This document shows, one piece after another, positions 12,651-27,384 of a stretch of 64,000 nt of DNA. A program made the position numbers and the translations under genes. Under the pieces are notes generated by a model. It had not been told where the DNA came from and did not search any database. It worked only from the letters and a program-made list of their open reading frames with translations. Source of the stretch: Octopus vulgaris. Its lineage: Eukaryota. Numbering within the stretch: the stretch's first letter is position 1; each line of letters begins with the position of its first letter. The DNA is taken from assembly GCA_951406725.2 (NCBI GenBank), contig OX597824.1, forward strand, positions 1,612,001 to 1,676,000, given 5' to 3'.

Positions 12651-12698
12651 TTATGAGGTGGCACATATTCGGGCCACAGAATGAAGTACGTTTCTGAA

Positions 12699-13800
12699 CG
12701 AGCTTCCAAATGATACAGGAGCCTCCACTCTTACAAAGCTAAATTTGAAAGAATGAAAGAAAGAAGAAACAAATAAAAGAGGGGGTTTAAAAAAGAAATC
12801 TAACCCAAATAGACTCCATCGTATGTTCAACGTTGACTTCCAGCATCAAGTCGATTAGAAAATAGGTTAGGTTCTGGTTACGTCCCTGTTTAATGTGTTG
12901 CACTATATGTTGATGATGGTGGTGGTGCTGATATTCTGGAGTTTATGAAATGCGTCTGTTAGTAGGGAAACTATCAGAGGTGGTGGCCTCTGTTTAAAGT
13001 GACGAGTTCTACTTTCGTAAATGGCTTGTTTGTACGTAGAAGAGGATAATTTGGGAAGGAACTAAACGCGAGTATGTAATGTGCACCGTACGGAGTTGGA
13101 TCAGATGCAATGCGGACAGATAATATAATGGATGCCTCTGAGTGGTGTGTAATGTTCACACAAACCATCACTATTGAGAAACGAAGGAAAAATTTAGTGT
13201 AGGAAATTCTGGAATGGAACCAATGAGGTCGATTGCAATTAAGGAACAGGGAGAGTTCAACGACATTGCAATAGACAAAGGTATGCTTCTCAGTTCGGAT
13301 GGCGTTCTTGTAAGGGTTGCTAAGAGAACTGATTTCGCTGATTTGGGGTGAAGTGTTAATCTTGTGTATAGAATGTACAAAATGCACCAAAAATCATGAT
13401 ATGAGAGCGGTTGAGTTCGAAAGGTAGAAAGAGATTATCATAGCCACCCATTACACACATTAGATTGCGTTTTTTAAGGGAAACGACCGTCCCTAGTCTC
13501 TCAGTAAAAGCCAACTATTAACCTCGGGTTCAGTTTATTTTAATCTTTCGTATATCGTGATATCCCAGGTGTAGGTTGGAAATTCAGAGAGCCAAATGGC
13601 TAACATCCGCTGTTAGAGGAATATGCTTGGAAGCTTGAGTGAGAAGCATAAGTTTCTCAGGTTCCCAGAGTTGGCAGTAAATGTTGAAATGACTCAATGG
13701 CTTTGCTTTTTACGAGATTACTCCATTGCATCTCCTTGGTCTTACAATCCACATATATTTGGAAAGAATGTTTTGCTTTGAGATCTTTGACTACGAATGT
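12699..13800 (-). mobile_element. Degenerate retroelement, probably PLE RT region plus terminal repeat
   Basis: Remnants resembling the post-DD PLE RT segment (F...NS.H..I.FT..IS) near 13330-13440. Terminal segment is repeated inverted at 11636-11829. Confidence 0.4.
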
Positions 13801-14281
13801 AAATATCGAGCTCTTAAAAGAATTCTTAAAGGGTTAAATGTTTTAAACTTTTAGGGTAGGGTCTAACGATACTGAATATTCTCTAGAATAAAAGAAATAA
13901 TTCAGAACATTGACATCTCTTTTACAGGAAGCCTTTCCTGTGCAGCGGGTTCTGAGTTTTGTTTCTAATATTACTTTAGGGATAGGTTGAGTGCTTCGAG
14001 ACTTGCAGTCTTTGAACTGCAAATGTGCATATTTTGCTATTGATATGACAATCGAAAATAAATACGTCTCTTTGTGTGTAATATATGTATGTTTCTGTCA
14101 ACAGAACTATACATATACCAAACAAATGAATAAGTAATAAGGCGAACAGAAAAGAAAACATCTATTCGTATCTTTCGGCGTTTGGAAGGTTTTTTTAGAT
14201 ATACATTCCCCCGTTCACCCTTTTCTTGTATTCCCATCTCTCTATTTACAGAAATATTTCAAATATCTTTGAAAGTGTGTG

Positions 14282-14346
<65 letters not shown>

Positions 14347-14884
14347 CTATTCGCAGATGCTTTATACAGTTGTCTCTTTTTTTGTGTGTGTGACAGAGAC
14401 TTTTCGTGTATATATGTGTCTACACTCATGCGTAATACATGTGAACACAATTGCCGATGCTTGCTTTATTTAGCATTTTTCTGCCACATTTTAAGAACTA
14501 CATTCCTTAATAAGTTCAATTTCAATCTCATATTTTACTGTGTTAAGAAACATTTTAAGGAAGTAAAAAGTATATTATTTTTTTCTCTTTACTTAAACCA
14601 AAAAATGTTTCCCACCAGGTTACTTATATTTCATCTCAATCAATATTCGAAACTAACGATTATTAACCCATCTGTTGTTTCTTAATCTTGAAAGTTATTA
14701 CAGTAAATTGATAAATATTGTACAAAAAATAAAAGATTATGATTTTAGCTACATTCGACATTTTACAGCGAGTTCAACATTCAACCCCCTTTAAAACTGC
14801 ATAAATCATTTCTCTTATATTACACTGGAAACAACAGTCAGAATTCTTATTTAAATTGTCAAAATAGACTTTTATTTCCCGCAG

Positions 14885-14887
<3 letters not shown>

Positions 14888-14949
<62 letters not shown>
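14888..14949. repeat. (GA)n microsatellite
   Basis: Pure GA array. Confidence 0.95.
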
Positions 14950-14952
<3 letters not shown>

Positions 14953-15119
14953 GAGACGGGCATTCTCCGTATACAATGCATTTCGTAGTGCTGAAGAGAC
15001 TGAATTTGGGCCGGAAGAGGAGTAAATATAAGGGCAGGCAATTCAGGCAAATCGATATACAAAAAAATATTAAATACAATTTTTAAAAAAAAGGATGTTT
15101 ACATATAAAAAGGAAGCTG

Positions 15120-15815
15120 ACTTACACCGAATAGAAATATCAGGAATTAAGGGAGTTGAGTAGGTGTCTTACGAGTCTAACAGCTGTTTCTGGGGGACTT
15201 GATGGTGCAAAATAATGCTTGTAACTTGATACCACCAGTCCCTGTCTTCAGGGAAGAATTTTAAATTTGAAGTGTTGACAGGATGGAGATTAAAGATGGA
15301 ATGATTTTGTAGAAAATTAAGTGTATTAGAAAGACGAGTTGGTGAGGGGTTTAGAGAGAGAGTAGGTGGGATGAGAAAATAGATTGTGGGGTTAGGGCTA
15401 ATAATGAGGTGGAAGCTGGGATGAAGGGGGAAGAGTGGTTAAGGTGGTGTGTGAAAGATGATCTTAGTGTTGGCTTGTATGAAGGCTTTATAGAGTTGGA
15501 GGCTGAGATAGAGAAAGAGAGATGGCTTTTAATTGAGGGATAAGAGTTGACTGGTTCTGTAGGTGGAGGGTGGAAAGGTGGTCAAAAGTAGTTGTTAGTG
15601 GGACAAAGGAATTGGGGTGGTACTGGAGGGGGTTGGGGTATTATGGTCAATAGAGGCATATAGAATTGAATAGAGGGGTGTGAGTAGGAACGGGTAGAGG
15701 TTAGTTTTCAAAGAAATGTGGTTATTGTTAAGTACTTTTTGAAACTAACGAAGAATATGGTGAGGTTAAGAAGAAAGTGTGAAGCAGTTGATTTGAAGAA
15801 TTTGGAAGAACTTGG
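15120..15815 (-). mobile_element. PLE-like 3' region with pyrimidine-rich terminal repeat and hammerhead motif
   Basis: Homologous in opposite orientation to 35210-35610. Minus strand CTGAAGA (15251-15245) ... GAAACAGCTGTT (15190-15179). Confidence 0.6.
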
Positions 15816-16025
15816 AAATATCCTTTTCTTCTCTAGGCAAAGGCCCGAATGTTCTTTTGTGGTGGAGCAGTCGATTAGAACCCTAACCCTTCTACAAATT
15901 TTGTTTCAAGGCACGTATTTCCTCAATCACTCTCTTTTGCTGACGTAAGCAAATTAACTCCGGTTGTTAACATAAACTTAGGTACACACATAGTTATGTA
16001 AATAAATACAATGTATATACATACG

Positions 16026-16091
<66 letters not shown>

Positions 16092-16427
16092 TATATATAT
16101 AGTTAATCAAAACAAGAAACCACAAAAAACACAACAACGCGAGGACGTGGAACAAATGTAGTATTATATAAATTAAATTAGAGATAAAACCATATATATA
16201 TATATATGTATGTATCTATATGAATATGTATTATATTTACATACAGATAGAGACTCAAATACACACACGTAGGTCTTCGGTTTAACCGTCCAGGGGAACA
16301 TGGCGAAGGTACTTTGAATAAAATGACGCACATTTTACTGATGACGGTGAACGTAACTTTTATAACATTTTTACTTTCATGAATTTGTTTTGCAAGGTTC
16401 CTGTTGTGAAATGATGAGTTGAAAAAT

Positions 16428-16636
16428 ATACTTCAGGACGGTCATTTTTTTCTTGCCAAATAAACACACGCACTACATATTCGTTCTTCGATCGTTTACA
16501 GGTATTCTTGTTTTATCTTATGACCATTGTCTAGAAATCTTTGATAAAATAAGAACAACTATAAACGAGTGAAGAACGATTATACAGTGCATGTGTTTAT
16601 TTGACAGGAAAAAGAAAAAGAACCATCCGGAAATAT
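16428..16636. mobile_element. Palindromic MITE-like element (~90-bp imperfect arms)
   Basis: ..CCAAATAAACACACGCACT..TCGTTCTTCGATCGTTTA..TTTTATC / GATAAAA..TAAACGAGTGAAGAACGA..AGTGCATGTGTTTATTTGAC.. Confidence 0.65.
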
Positions 16637-17444
16637 GGCGATATTTTATAGCCTTTATCCCACCTAAGTGAGGTTTTGTCTCATTGAGCATGTCTATAAC
16701 ACATTTATGTGCTTACTAGATTCCATTACAAATTACTATCACAATTCTAAAAGTAAGACTATTGCAATACGTTTATGCTTAAACAAGTAACTCAGTGCTT
16801 CCATCTCTCCTTCACAGCTGACATATTTATTTCTATGAATATCATTTAATGAATATAAAGAAAATGTGCACATGGCTCATTATGAACATAGTTTTGTTTT
16901 CCATAATTTTGTTTTTTCACGAAACATATTTCTTTAAATAAATTCGGGTCTTAAGAAGTCTGAAGCCTATTCACATCCATTGTTCGACAGCACGCCATCG
17001 GATTGCATTGATCAATGCACGATGCTTGTTAAAATTTCCATTAACAGTTTCAATGTATCATGTATTATTTTACTTGATGATCTGGCTACACGCACAAAAG
17101 AAATTATTTATACATACATACATACCTACATACATACATACATACATACATACATACTGGGTGATGTAAATTATGCGACTCGGAGCTATTCATATCTTCA
17201 TGTATCTATACACGTATTAGTGAATTAATGAGGGCGCGAGGTTGGCTAACTTTGTTCCGGTAATTTTCTTATCTACTTCTTTCCAAAATATGTTGACAGA
17301 TTAAACACCATCGATCAATTCAGAGCAGAAAACTTGCAGCCCAATTATGTGAAATCCCCATGACGGTTTATAATTAATAACATTATAATAACTACATATG
17401 CATACATACATGTACACATAAACACCCACACATGCCATACACAT

Positions 17445-17660
17445 ATAGGAGTAGGCCTGTCTCTGCTGTCAGAACTTCGCATCCCAACCATATAGTTCTG
17501 GATCCAGTCCAACCAAGTGGCACCTTGAGTGAGAGCCTTCTATGCCTCCTGACGACCAACCAAAGCTGTGTCGGTTCTCTTATTTCCCTTTAAGTTAGAG
17601 GTATAGCAAAAGGCAATGCTAGAATAGACACCTGACTAATAAAAATGTTCTGGAGTTGAT
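17445..17660 (+). mobile_element. Old CORE-like SINE copy
   Basis: CCAACCATATAGTTCTGGATCCAGTCC..GGCACCTTGAGTGAG..CCAAAG, matching the 23157 copy. Confidence 0.55.
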
Positions 17661-17849
17661 TTACCTAAGCAATTTTTCAAATTCTAAGCTATAACACTCC
17701 CCGCTCCACCATAACTATTAACCCATCCTTAGTGAATATTCCATAGAAATCTCAAACTCTACAGCACCAAACTTGGAATCTATAAGTACCTCTTCCAATT
17801 GGCGCAAACCAAGTCGTCTTATTGCGGGCCCTACGACCAGCACATGTGG

Positions 17850-18450
17850 TCCCCACATGAGTGGTTTGTAGGACCTACATTACTAAGTTTGCGCCTATTT
17901 ATATCTATAACCGCTAGATACAAATGCTATGAACTTTGGGAATCTTACTCACTACAATAAGAGCGACGTTCGTTGCATAGCCCCTAGTACTTGTTACTAC
18001 GTGGAAGCCCACTACCAGCTCCATAGCAGTAACGATAATACTTCTGGTCGCGCATCGATGATAGCTGATCATATAACTCAGCATAGAATAGGGACAAATC
18101 GTAAGCTCAGCGCTAGTGGAAGAAACTATAATTGCCGGGTGTTTAAACTACGTTCATAAGATGGATTTTGTTTATGCTATTGCTTCGCATGAAAATGCGG
18201 AGTAATAACCATATTTTCTTACCAATGCTAAGGTTTACATTGGCAGCACCGCTGGCTTCAAGTGATGCTACTCGGCTCACATGAATTTATTCTCAGAAAC
18301 ACGAAACTCTCTAACTCGCTAGCTACATATACACACCACTTCAAGTCCCGGTGCATAGTTTGTGGCGCTCCCTATACAACACTGACCATTATGTTTATAA
18401 ATTATGTTTCAGGGAATCGCATGCTATTCTTCACTATTATAATATCACGT
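17850..18450 (+). mobile_element. Degenerate PLE GIY-YIG remnant
   Basis: At about 18232: VYIGSTAGFK*.YSAH...F, then ..APY; resembles the YIG.T..FK.RY..H..SF pattern of PLE endonucleases. Confidence 0.5.
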
Positions 18451-19341
18451 TACTCAATAGGTTCTCTGACGTAATCTCACCGTGTAGGTAAAAATTTTAT
18501 TCCACATTCAATCATAATGTAAAGTCTTTATAATTTCTTCTAATTGTGAATGATGGTCTTTTCTTAATATTTAGCTTTGTAAGCACCATTTTCTTTTTTC
18601 CTTTTCTCCTTGCAACGTATTCTCCTCATTTCAACAGACTTTTTTCCTCTGCTAACCTTTCCTTCATAGCTTGGGTTTTCCTGTCTCTCTGTGCCTAGTC
18701 AGCTGCAATCCTACCTAATTTATTATCTGCTTAGATAGATCTCCTGGACTCCCAATGAAGTCTGCCTTCACTAGACAGACTTTGTTTTTATCAAATTTAA
18801 CTTTACCTTCTCTATGTTTCTTTTATTTGAGCTTTGTTCCCTCCTATATCGTAGTAATCCTCCTACCTCACCCTGCCTTTCGTTTTTGTTCAGCCTCTTC
18901 TCTTCTATTTACCACTTATATCACTTAGCATTTCTTTATGAGCCTCTTTTACCAATCTTTTCTTGATGAGGGGAACCAGGAGACAAACTTACTGTAATAT
19001 CGCCATTTGACTGGTTGCCGGTTACACAGCCATAACCTTTTTTTGCATATTTCATTTGCAAATTATTATTATGAACTCTGAGCTTCTTCAGACAGCTGTC
19101 GACTTAGTAAATTAAATACTTCATATTCTTCGTTATTTTTGTACACGCCAAGTACATATGTGCTGTATACACATACACACACACACACATATATATATAT
19201 ACATACACACAAATGCACATGTATATATAGATATATATACACATATGTATATATACACTTATTTGTCCGTGAATATATGTATCTATAGATATATATGTAT
19301 ATATATTTATATTTACATTTGTATGTGCGTGTGCGTACGTA

Positions 19342-19397
<56 letters not shown>

Positions 19398-20173
19398 TGA
19401 AACCTATTAGTTTCTAGTGTGTCTGTGTGTCTTTGTGGATATATTTACAATGTCATTAAATCATATCTTGGTAGAAATAAATACAGGGAGACAAGGCATT
19501 TTAGACGAACGGAAATTAGGAAGAACTTTCATATAATTGGGCCATAAGTGTTCTGCTATGAATGAATCGATATAGTTTTAGACTGTTAACCTATTTCACA
19601 AAAAAGTAGACAAGGAAATTACCAAAACAAATTTAGCCAGCTTCTCTCATTTACTAATATGCATATTGATAGAGAAAAAGGAACATGAACAGCTCCGGCT
19701 TCAGTACATTCACCTCATCCTTCTTTAAAAACATATCCACACACGCACGCACACACACACACACACAATCATATATTTATATATATATGTCTTGTTTTCA
19801 AAGAGATCTCTTGCTAGGTTTAGTCTAATGATCATGCAAAAGAATATACAATACTTTTAAAGCTGCCAATAAAATTCATCTTTTAGACTTCTTAAGATGT
19901 AATTCTATTTAGAGAAATATTTTCCATTAAGGAACTGTAGCTACGACTGAAAACAACAAAGAACGTCTGTTTGGAATCAGCCGTCTATATCATGGTTTTG
20001 CTTTTTACGAAATTGGCTCGACATTCTTAAAAGGAAATATGTCAGCTATGAAGGAAAAACGTAGACACTTAGTTACTTTGTTCTGTGTATATACATTGCC
20101 ATATGCATTACATGACCGTGCGTGTATCAACCCATTCAGCGAACCAGTCATAAACACATACATACTACACACA

Positions 20174-20208
<35 letters not shown>

Positions 20209-20477
20209 CTCCATATTCGAATTAAGAATACGTTTTTATTTAGTTGCAAGATTGTAACCACACACACACAAGCAAGCCCAATAAATGTCATAATTAAAGG
20301 ACCAAATTCCTATCTCAACCCCCCCCCCCCCCCTTCAGCTGTCGTGGATGGCATTATACAATCATAAAATTACGAACAATAGTTTCACTAAGTTTTCTGT
20401 CATTAGTCTGTTATTCTAGATATTGGTGATGAGCAGTATACGAAACAAAAGAAGAGATAGGGGTCGAAGGGGAGGAA

Positions 20478-20635
20478 AAGAAGAAGAAAAAGAAGAAGAA
20501 GAAGAAGAAGAAGAAGAAGAAGAAGAAGAAGAAGAAGAAGAAGGAAGAAGAAGGAGTAAGAAGAAGAAGAAGAACGAAGAAGAAGAAGAAGAAGAAGCAG
20601 AAGAAGAAGAACGAAAAAGAAGAAGGAAGAAGACG

Positions 20636-20669
<34 letters not shown>

Positions 20670-20696
20670 AAGAAGAAGAAGAAGAAGAAGAAGAAG

Positions 20697-20726
<30 letters not shown>
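20478..20726. repeat. (GAA)n trinucleotide repeat
   Basis: Visible array; source of the poly-E/poly-F ORFs. Confidence 0.95.
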
Positions 20727-20727
<1 letters not shown>

Positions 20728-21699
20728 GCGTTACGGCTGTCCCTAAAAGAAGAATACTGGTCATACCAGCAAATATAGATCTTAAAATGATCTCCGCCAT
20801 TAAAGAGTTAAATGAGGTTGGAAGGAAGCCTGAACGAATGTGTGGCACAGAAAACGAGATCGTGAAAAATAATTCCGGGGAGTGTAAATAAGGGGTTCGT
20901 ATTTAGTCCTAAAATTAAAACTGACCGCAGCTAATAATGTTTTGAAGCTATTACAACCCAATCAATCCTAGAGTGAATGGAGTAACGAGGAAGGGAGGCT
21001 GCAATCCGTGAAACAAAGGAAACAGCAAGTCCTATTCAAATGTGAAAACCTGTCTTCGTTCTTCTTTCTTGTGAAATAAACATTTACGGGAAAACGATGA
21101 ATTTGCCGAAAGAAAACATAAGGGGTACAGCAAACGTTTATAGGAGTGTAACGATCAATAATGAACAATAATACTACACAGGACGGGAAATATGAAATGA
21201 AGGGTCTGGGCAGGAGATGAACATTTATCAGAAAGTGTTTTACTCTATAACATAAGGGGGATCAGCCATCTGAATGTGGCTAGGGTCAGGGCAGGGGTTT
21301 TACTCTGTTCTTCAGAAAAGTTTCTGAAATCTTCAGCCATGTCTGAAACCGAATTAATAGTTACCGGACCCATTGAATCTGTAAGCAAAATAGCTATACA
21401 TTCTGCAGAGAAATACAAAATATTTGCGTTAGACAAGCAATATTCGTGAGAGATGCCATTTGTCCACTCTATTTTTCTGTCCAGTGCACACAAGTTTAAC
21501 CAGAAGAATAATAAAAAAGGAAACATGATTGGATTGGAAACCAAACCCCTTGGGGATAATGAAACATCATTTATATATTGGTCGGACCTCAGTTCCTGAG
21601 CTATGGCTGATAAAGAGATGGCTTCAGTATAACCGTGAAAATGATAAAATTGATTAAGTATATTCATATCATGTTAAATACACTTCCATTTAAGCGGAT

Positions 21700-22350
21700 T
21701 AGATCGATCAAATGCCATATCAGCAAAGTCTTCGACCGTATCTCGCTCACAGATCCTGCATTAAATCTCCCAACAATGGACTCATAGTTTCCTATCTCTT
21801 TAACATGCGTTGATAAATTTCTATCTGACACATTCTCAATCAACTCAGGCGCTCCTTATATATAACACCAGCCTAGTTGTCGCCACAACCAAAAAGGGCC
21901 CAGTATTATGCACACAACACTTCACTTCATTTGTCTCTTATTTTCCCCAACGGTGCTTTATCATCCGAAAGCATCTTAGAAACCACACGACAACACCGGT
22001 ACTTTGAGAATACATTGAGAATATCTTTCAGTAGGGACATACGTGCCTGGTTCTTTTAACAGCGATAAAGAACTTCAAACACTAGACATAATATAAAAAC
22101 CCCACCACACAACACTCAAAGGAAACATGCGAAGGCCTTCAGGGTCGTTTTCCAATTGCTGCAACTCACTGACATTAAGTTAAAAACATATCCTTAGAAC
22201 CGTATCTCCAATACTGTCTTGGGGCCAGAATATATTTCAGACAAAAACAGCGGCTAACACATTAAAAGGGTCAGATGATGCCCGCAACGGAGTTCTGGTC
22301 TCAGGCACAAGACATTGCTTGTCTTACGGACAGACATAGCTGGGACCATA
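21700..22350 (+). mobile_element. Degenerate CR1/L2-type LINE RT remnant
   Basis: ISKVFDRI (compare DISKAFDRV), FLSD, FSINSGAP (compare INSGVPQG). Confidence 0.5.
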
Positions 22351-22639
22351 TCCAGAGAATTGCCCCACGATTATTGAAAATTATGTTACATTGCCACTAA
22401 ATAGCAATACTATAAGCAACACATATGAATATTATAAGACAATTCTATAACCGACAGAGACGACCATAATGAAGATGGTATGAATGAGGTATTAAGAAAG
22501 CGAAAGCAAACCAAAAATTAGGGAAAAAGTAAGCTGAACAAAATCAATGAGTGAAAATACGTCGCTGCAGACTTTGCATGGCTTCACTACAAGAATTAGA
22601 AATATGAAGATTAGAAATATGTCGCAAAACAACATTGAA

Positions 22640-23150
22640 TGGAGATAAATTAATATTATGATAGATAAAGTAATGGAGATAATGGAATTAAACAAAAGAC
22701 AGACATAGAAATATCTTGGCATCGAAGAAACAAACAGACTGCGAAACATAAATGCGAGAAAATTTAGGAAGGAATATTATGGACGGATTAGGATAATACT
22801 TGGTGAATACCTAACTCAGAGGTAATGCAAAGGAAAGTAAGGTAATTGGTATAATTACTGTATTTGTGTGAGTAATAATGTATTGTTATACTAATATAAA
22901 CTGAATGTTAAACAAATTAAGGAGACTAACCAGAACCACAACGCAAATAATGATAGCATTAAGAATACAAAACCCAACGTTTTTTGACATAAAAGAATAT
23001 TTGACAAGGAAGCAGTAGACCAGGGTCTTGTTCAATTATAAACCTATTATTAAACAAATACAGAGATTTCCAAAATTTACTGCAATGAATCACAGAAAAT
23101 TCAAACTAACAGCTACAAAACACGAACAAAACAAATTGTTTTGCCTGCAA
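22640..23150 (+). mobile_element. Dong/R4-type non-LTR retrotransposon remnant (RT thumb region)
   Basis: KYLGIEE..RKEYYGRIRIIL, followed by remnants of RKT..IM and GL.QL, as in the R4-clade YKYLG..RLY..R..GGRGL region. Confidence 0.6.
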
Positions 23151-23156
23151 TTCAAG

Positions 23157-23313
23157 CAGGAGTGGCTGTGTTGTAAGTAGCTTGCTTACCAACCACATGG
23201 TCCCGAGTTCATTCCCACTGCGTGTCACCTTGGGCAAGTGTCTTCTACTATAGCCTCAGGCTGACCAAAGACTTGGGTGGATTCGGTAGACAGAAACTGA
23301 AAGAAGCCCGTCG
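23157..23313 (+). mobile_element. CORE-like tRNA-derived SINE head
   Basis: GGAGTGGCTGTGTTGTAAG..GAGTTCATTCCC..CACCTTGGGCAAGTG (CORE-like)..GAAACTGAAAGAAGCCCGTCG then TA repeat. Confidence 0.75.
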
Positions 23314-23569
23314 TATATATATATGCTTTCCATCGTTTCATAAAATGACGAACCACACAACTACAAGGGTCGATGGAAGTGCCCTGTTTGCTTAACTTGA
23401 GCATTTTGAACATAAAACGTCCATGTCAGTGCTAGGTCGGTTAAACGTATTTTTTTCCTTTTTATTAATATTTGTTGATTTAAGAAAATCTTATTTCAAA
23501 TATTGTATCTGTACGAAGAAAATTTTCAAGGAATTTTATACACCCATATATGTACACATACTTACATAT

Positions 23570-23756
23570 ATATACACACATACATACATACATACATACA
23601 TACATACATACATACATACATACATACATACATACATACATACATACATACATACATACATACATACATACGTACATGTTTGTGTGAGTGTGTGTATACA
23701 CATGTATATGTATGCATTGTCGTATCAGTACCCTTATTTATAATTATATCTATATG

Positions 23757-23855
<99 letters not shown>

Positions 23856-23860
23856 TTATA
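23570..23860. repeat. (TACA)n plus (TA)n microsatellites
   Basis: Visible arrays. Confidence 0.95.
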
Positions 23861-26800
23861 TATAATTCTCGATTCCATGTATACACACACATGACACTCC
23901 ACACGCATACAAACCCAGACGTATATAATTTTTATATATTCCCGTTTAAAAAGAACTTAATACAATGTCTATTATTTGCAGTGTGATTTGACAGACATAA
24001 ACTATTCACGTTGTACGATCAAAATATAATTTCTCCAATCGATTATTACAGACTAGATTTGATATAATAATATATACACTTCGACGTGCACAAATACCAT
24101 CTGGGTGAATGTATCAGTAATTGAATTTGAATGAAATGGAACATATGTCGTAAAGGCCAAGGCATAATGAAGTGTGTTGATACATATAAGCAATGTTTAT
24201 GCGAATTCAAGCGTCTAGACATAGCACCAGATATCAATGTATATATTTATGAAAAAAAAAAGTCGTAGCAGATAAATAAAATATATGCTTTGCATACATT
24301 ATCAGAATACCTAATCATAGCATACAGAATATATTTTGGGAAAATATGTTTAATGCAAACGAATATTATATTCGCAATTGTATTGATGTGCGACATTTCA
24401 GGGCAGGTTCTTACAACCATGGTTAAATATTGGACGAGGAGATTGAACGCTGATATACACAGTTGGATCGCATCAGCCCGGAGCAGAAAAATTTAAGTCG
24501 AGTAATCCGTAAGATAAAACTTACGATTTCCTATTTCGATCGTCATTGTCGATGTCAACGACAGGCTTTAAATGTACGACGAGTAAATGGAATCAATGTA
24601 TGAGTAGAAGAACAGACATTCCACAGAATATCCATCAGTATGTAATACTGATGTAATACATGGTTCACATAGAGATTTAAGTACGCCCCCCCACACACAC
24701 ACACATATATATATATACGTATTGGGGTGGGGGTACACGGGAATTATGACATTCAATATCTATTTCAAATACTTGACATATTTCGCACAAATGGATTCGA
24801 GTCAATGAATCAAATGTGAGCTTAGACCCTATGATAGTAGGCCAAATGGCAATACGTTGGAGAGAACACAATATTCTTGTGAACTTAGCAGGGATTACAT
24901 ACCTTGCAACTGTGAGTGGGTCAGCTTGTGTTATGGTAATAACTCTGGATATTGTTAGCAGCCATTTGCTTAAATTCCTTAACGAGGTATATCTTTAGAG
25001 AATTGAATAAAATATATTGATATTTATATTAATTCATTACACAGCCGTATTCGACTCGCAAATAGCATGACAAACTGGTTGTCTAACGACGTGGTAACTG
25101 GCGTGGATGTAATGCAAAACCCCATACATTACAGGATGCTAATATCCTGTCTACTTACAACGTGGAGCAAATAATGAAAGATCGCTAACTAACCAAACTA
25201 CCATCTTGTCCCAACTGACCTACGGTAGCTCAAATATTCGAAATGGCAATTGGAATTTTCTTTTGAACTCTCTTCACTCTGACATTCTACATCTGAAGCC
25301 TCACGAAGATTATTGGAAGACAAGCAAAAGATGAAACTTCAGAAACTGGAAAATCCTATTCAAACCTTAGAATGTCGTTTTAAAAGCAGACAAACATAAT
25401 GTGTAATTTGGTTCTAGTTATGCTTCCTGTACACGCGTTGTGGCATGATCGGCGTGTATTTAATAATGTTTTTTACTTGATTAAAGATTAACCTAGAACT
25501 ACACAGAACTTGGGTCATATATTCCCTACAGATTCTGAGAAGTCGGCCAATTGGCACCGTTCCTACAGCATCGGGTCAAATGCTTTCTTGCATTTTTTCC
25601 GTCTTCTTAGGATTCTGAGATCAAATTACGCTGAGATAATGAATCGAGTATTAATCTAGAGAACTGGATTGCACGAATCGTTGGGTGGGATGTCTTGCAA
25701 CATAATTCTTGGCTATTTCCAAAATCTCATTGTGGAATACTTGTCTGTTTTATTTAATCAGTTTTCTATCACCACGTGGTCTTTGAATAAACTTAGCGGG
25801 TTCTACTCAATTGTAAGCATACGGGTCATATATATTCAGTTTGAGGAGATGCTCCGCATTCTATCTCAAAATCCCTATGAAATGTCATAAGCATCAACCT
25901 CCCGCTTGTTTAGGCAATAAAATATACATCCTGATCATTCGATAAGAAAATAAATACTATAAAATTTTAGAAACAGAAGAGATAAAGGATAACGTAGTAA
26001 CTAGTATCAATAATTTCATACAAATATGATTTAAAAAGCTAAGAAAAGAATTTGATTAAATTCCGAGATTGTAAAAAGTGCATCATTTCAGAATATTAGA
26101 TTAAATGAATATAGAATAAAAGAATTATATTAAAGGAGAATAAGAATATTGATTTAGTTTAAATTAGGGAGGATATAAAGATTTATAAAAGAGAGGGAAT
26201 GTGAGGTTGACTATTACTTTGCCATCTACTGTCTCAATGCTCTGATGATTAAGTACTGTAAGAACCAGATAAATGTTAAAAGTAAAATTGATAATAAAAA
26301 TGAATATTGATGACGATTTTAATGATAATAGTGATAACATAAAAAAAATGACTAACATCAACAATAATAATGAATAACAAACATTCCATTATTATTATTA
26401 GATTTCAATAAAGTGACATTGAAAAGAGAGAAAAAAAACTTTATCGGAAAATAGTATTCGTAGTCGAACAAATGGAGTTCCAATATTGGTTGTCGATTGT
26501 TCAAGCTTTCATATGTTCTCTGTATTCAAACAGAAAGTCGCGATGTACTCGCAGTTCATACACATACAAACATCAGCCATACACACATGCCAAGCTTACG
26601 ACAAAAGATTTAACTGAAAAATTAATACGTTTGTTAAACACATATATTTGTGCAGTGGAAATTTAAACGATACCAGAATGCTGTGTATAGACAATGAAAT
26701 GACTATTCTATGGAAATATTTTCGTAGCTCCGTCTTCAATGATAATATTATTGATTGAATATACAGTATTTGCTCTTGGTGATTGCTCTTCAAATCAATA

Positions 26801-26885
26801 ACGTAATATGTGTATATGCACTCTGCTTAAATATGGGCTAAAGTATACAATCTGATATATGTATGTATATATATATATGTATATA

Positions 26886-26929
<44 letters not shown>

Positions 26930-27259
26930 GTAACAGACACACAATCACATACGTGGATAGGTGTATCTCTCTCTCTCTCTGCGCGTGCGTGCGTGTGTGT
27001 AGTGAAATAGATCAAAGAATGCAGAAACGTCTTTCATGGACAAATATCCATTAAAACAGGATGGTTGCTACGTGTTTGCTTTCTGTGGTAAAAACAACAC
27101 CTAAACATTCAAATCAAATCTTTGCTTCCTCTTTTTATCACTGGCCATCTTCATCTCACTTCTAAATTGCGGATTTTCGTGACTTTTAATTCCACCAAAT
27201 ATTTAGTTACATACATACGTACTCTATGCACATGCACGCACGCATACACCTACATACAA

Positions 27260-27307
<48 letters not shown>

Positions 27308-27334
27308 TATGTATGCACCCACATACACACAGTA

Positions 27335-27384
<50 letters not shown>

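Noticed and set aside
17850-18450. In-frame TGA in a PLE remnant as selenocysteine recoding (as reported for Naiad PLEs)
   Set aside because: The copy is heavily decayed, the TGA sits where Arg (CGA) or a variable residue is expected, and no SECIS was recognised.
20411-20848. Poly-E/poly-F ORFs
   Set aside because: (GAA)n repeat.
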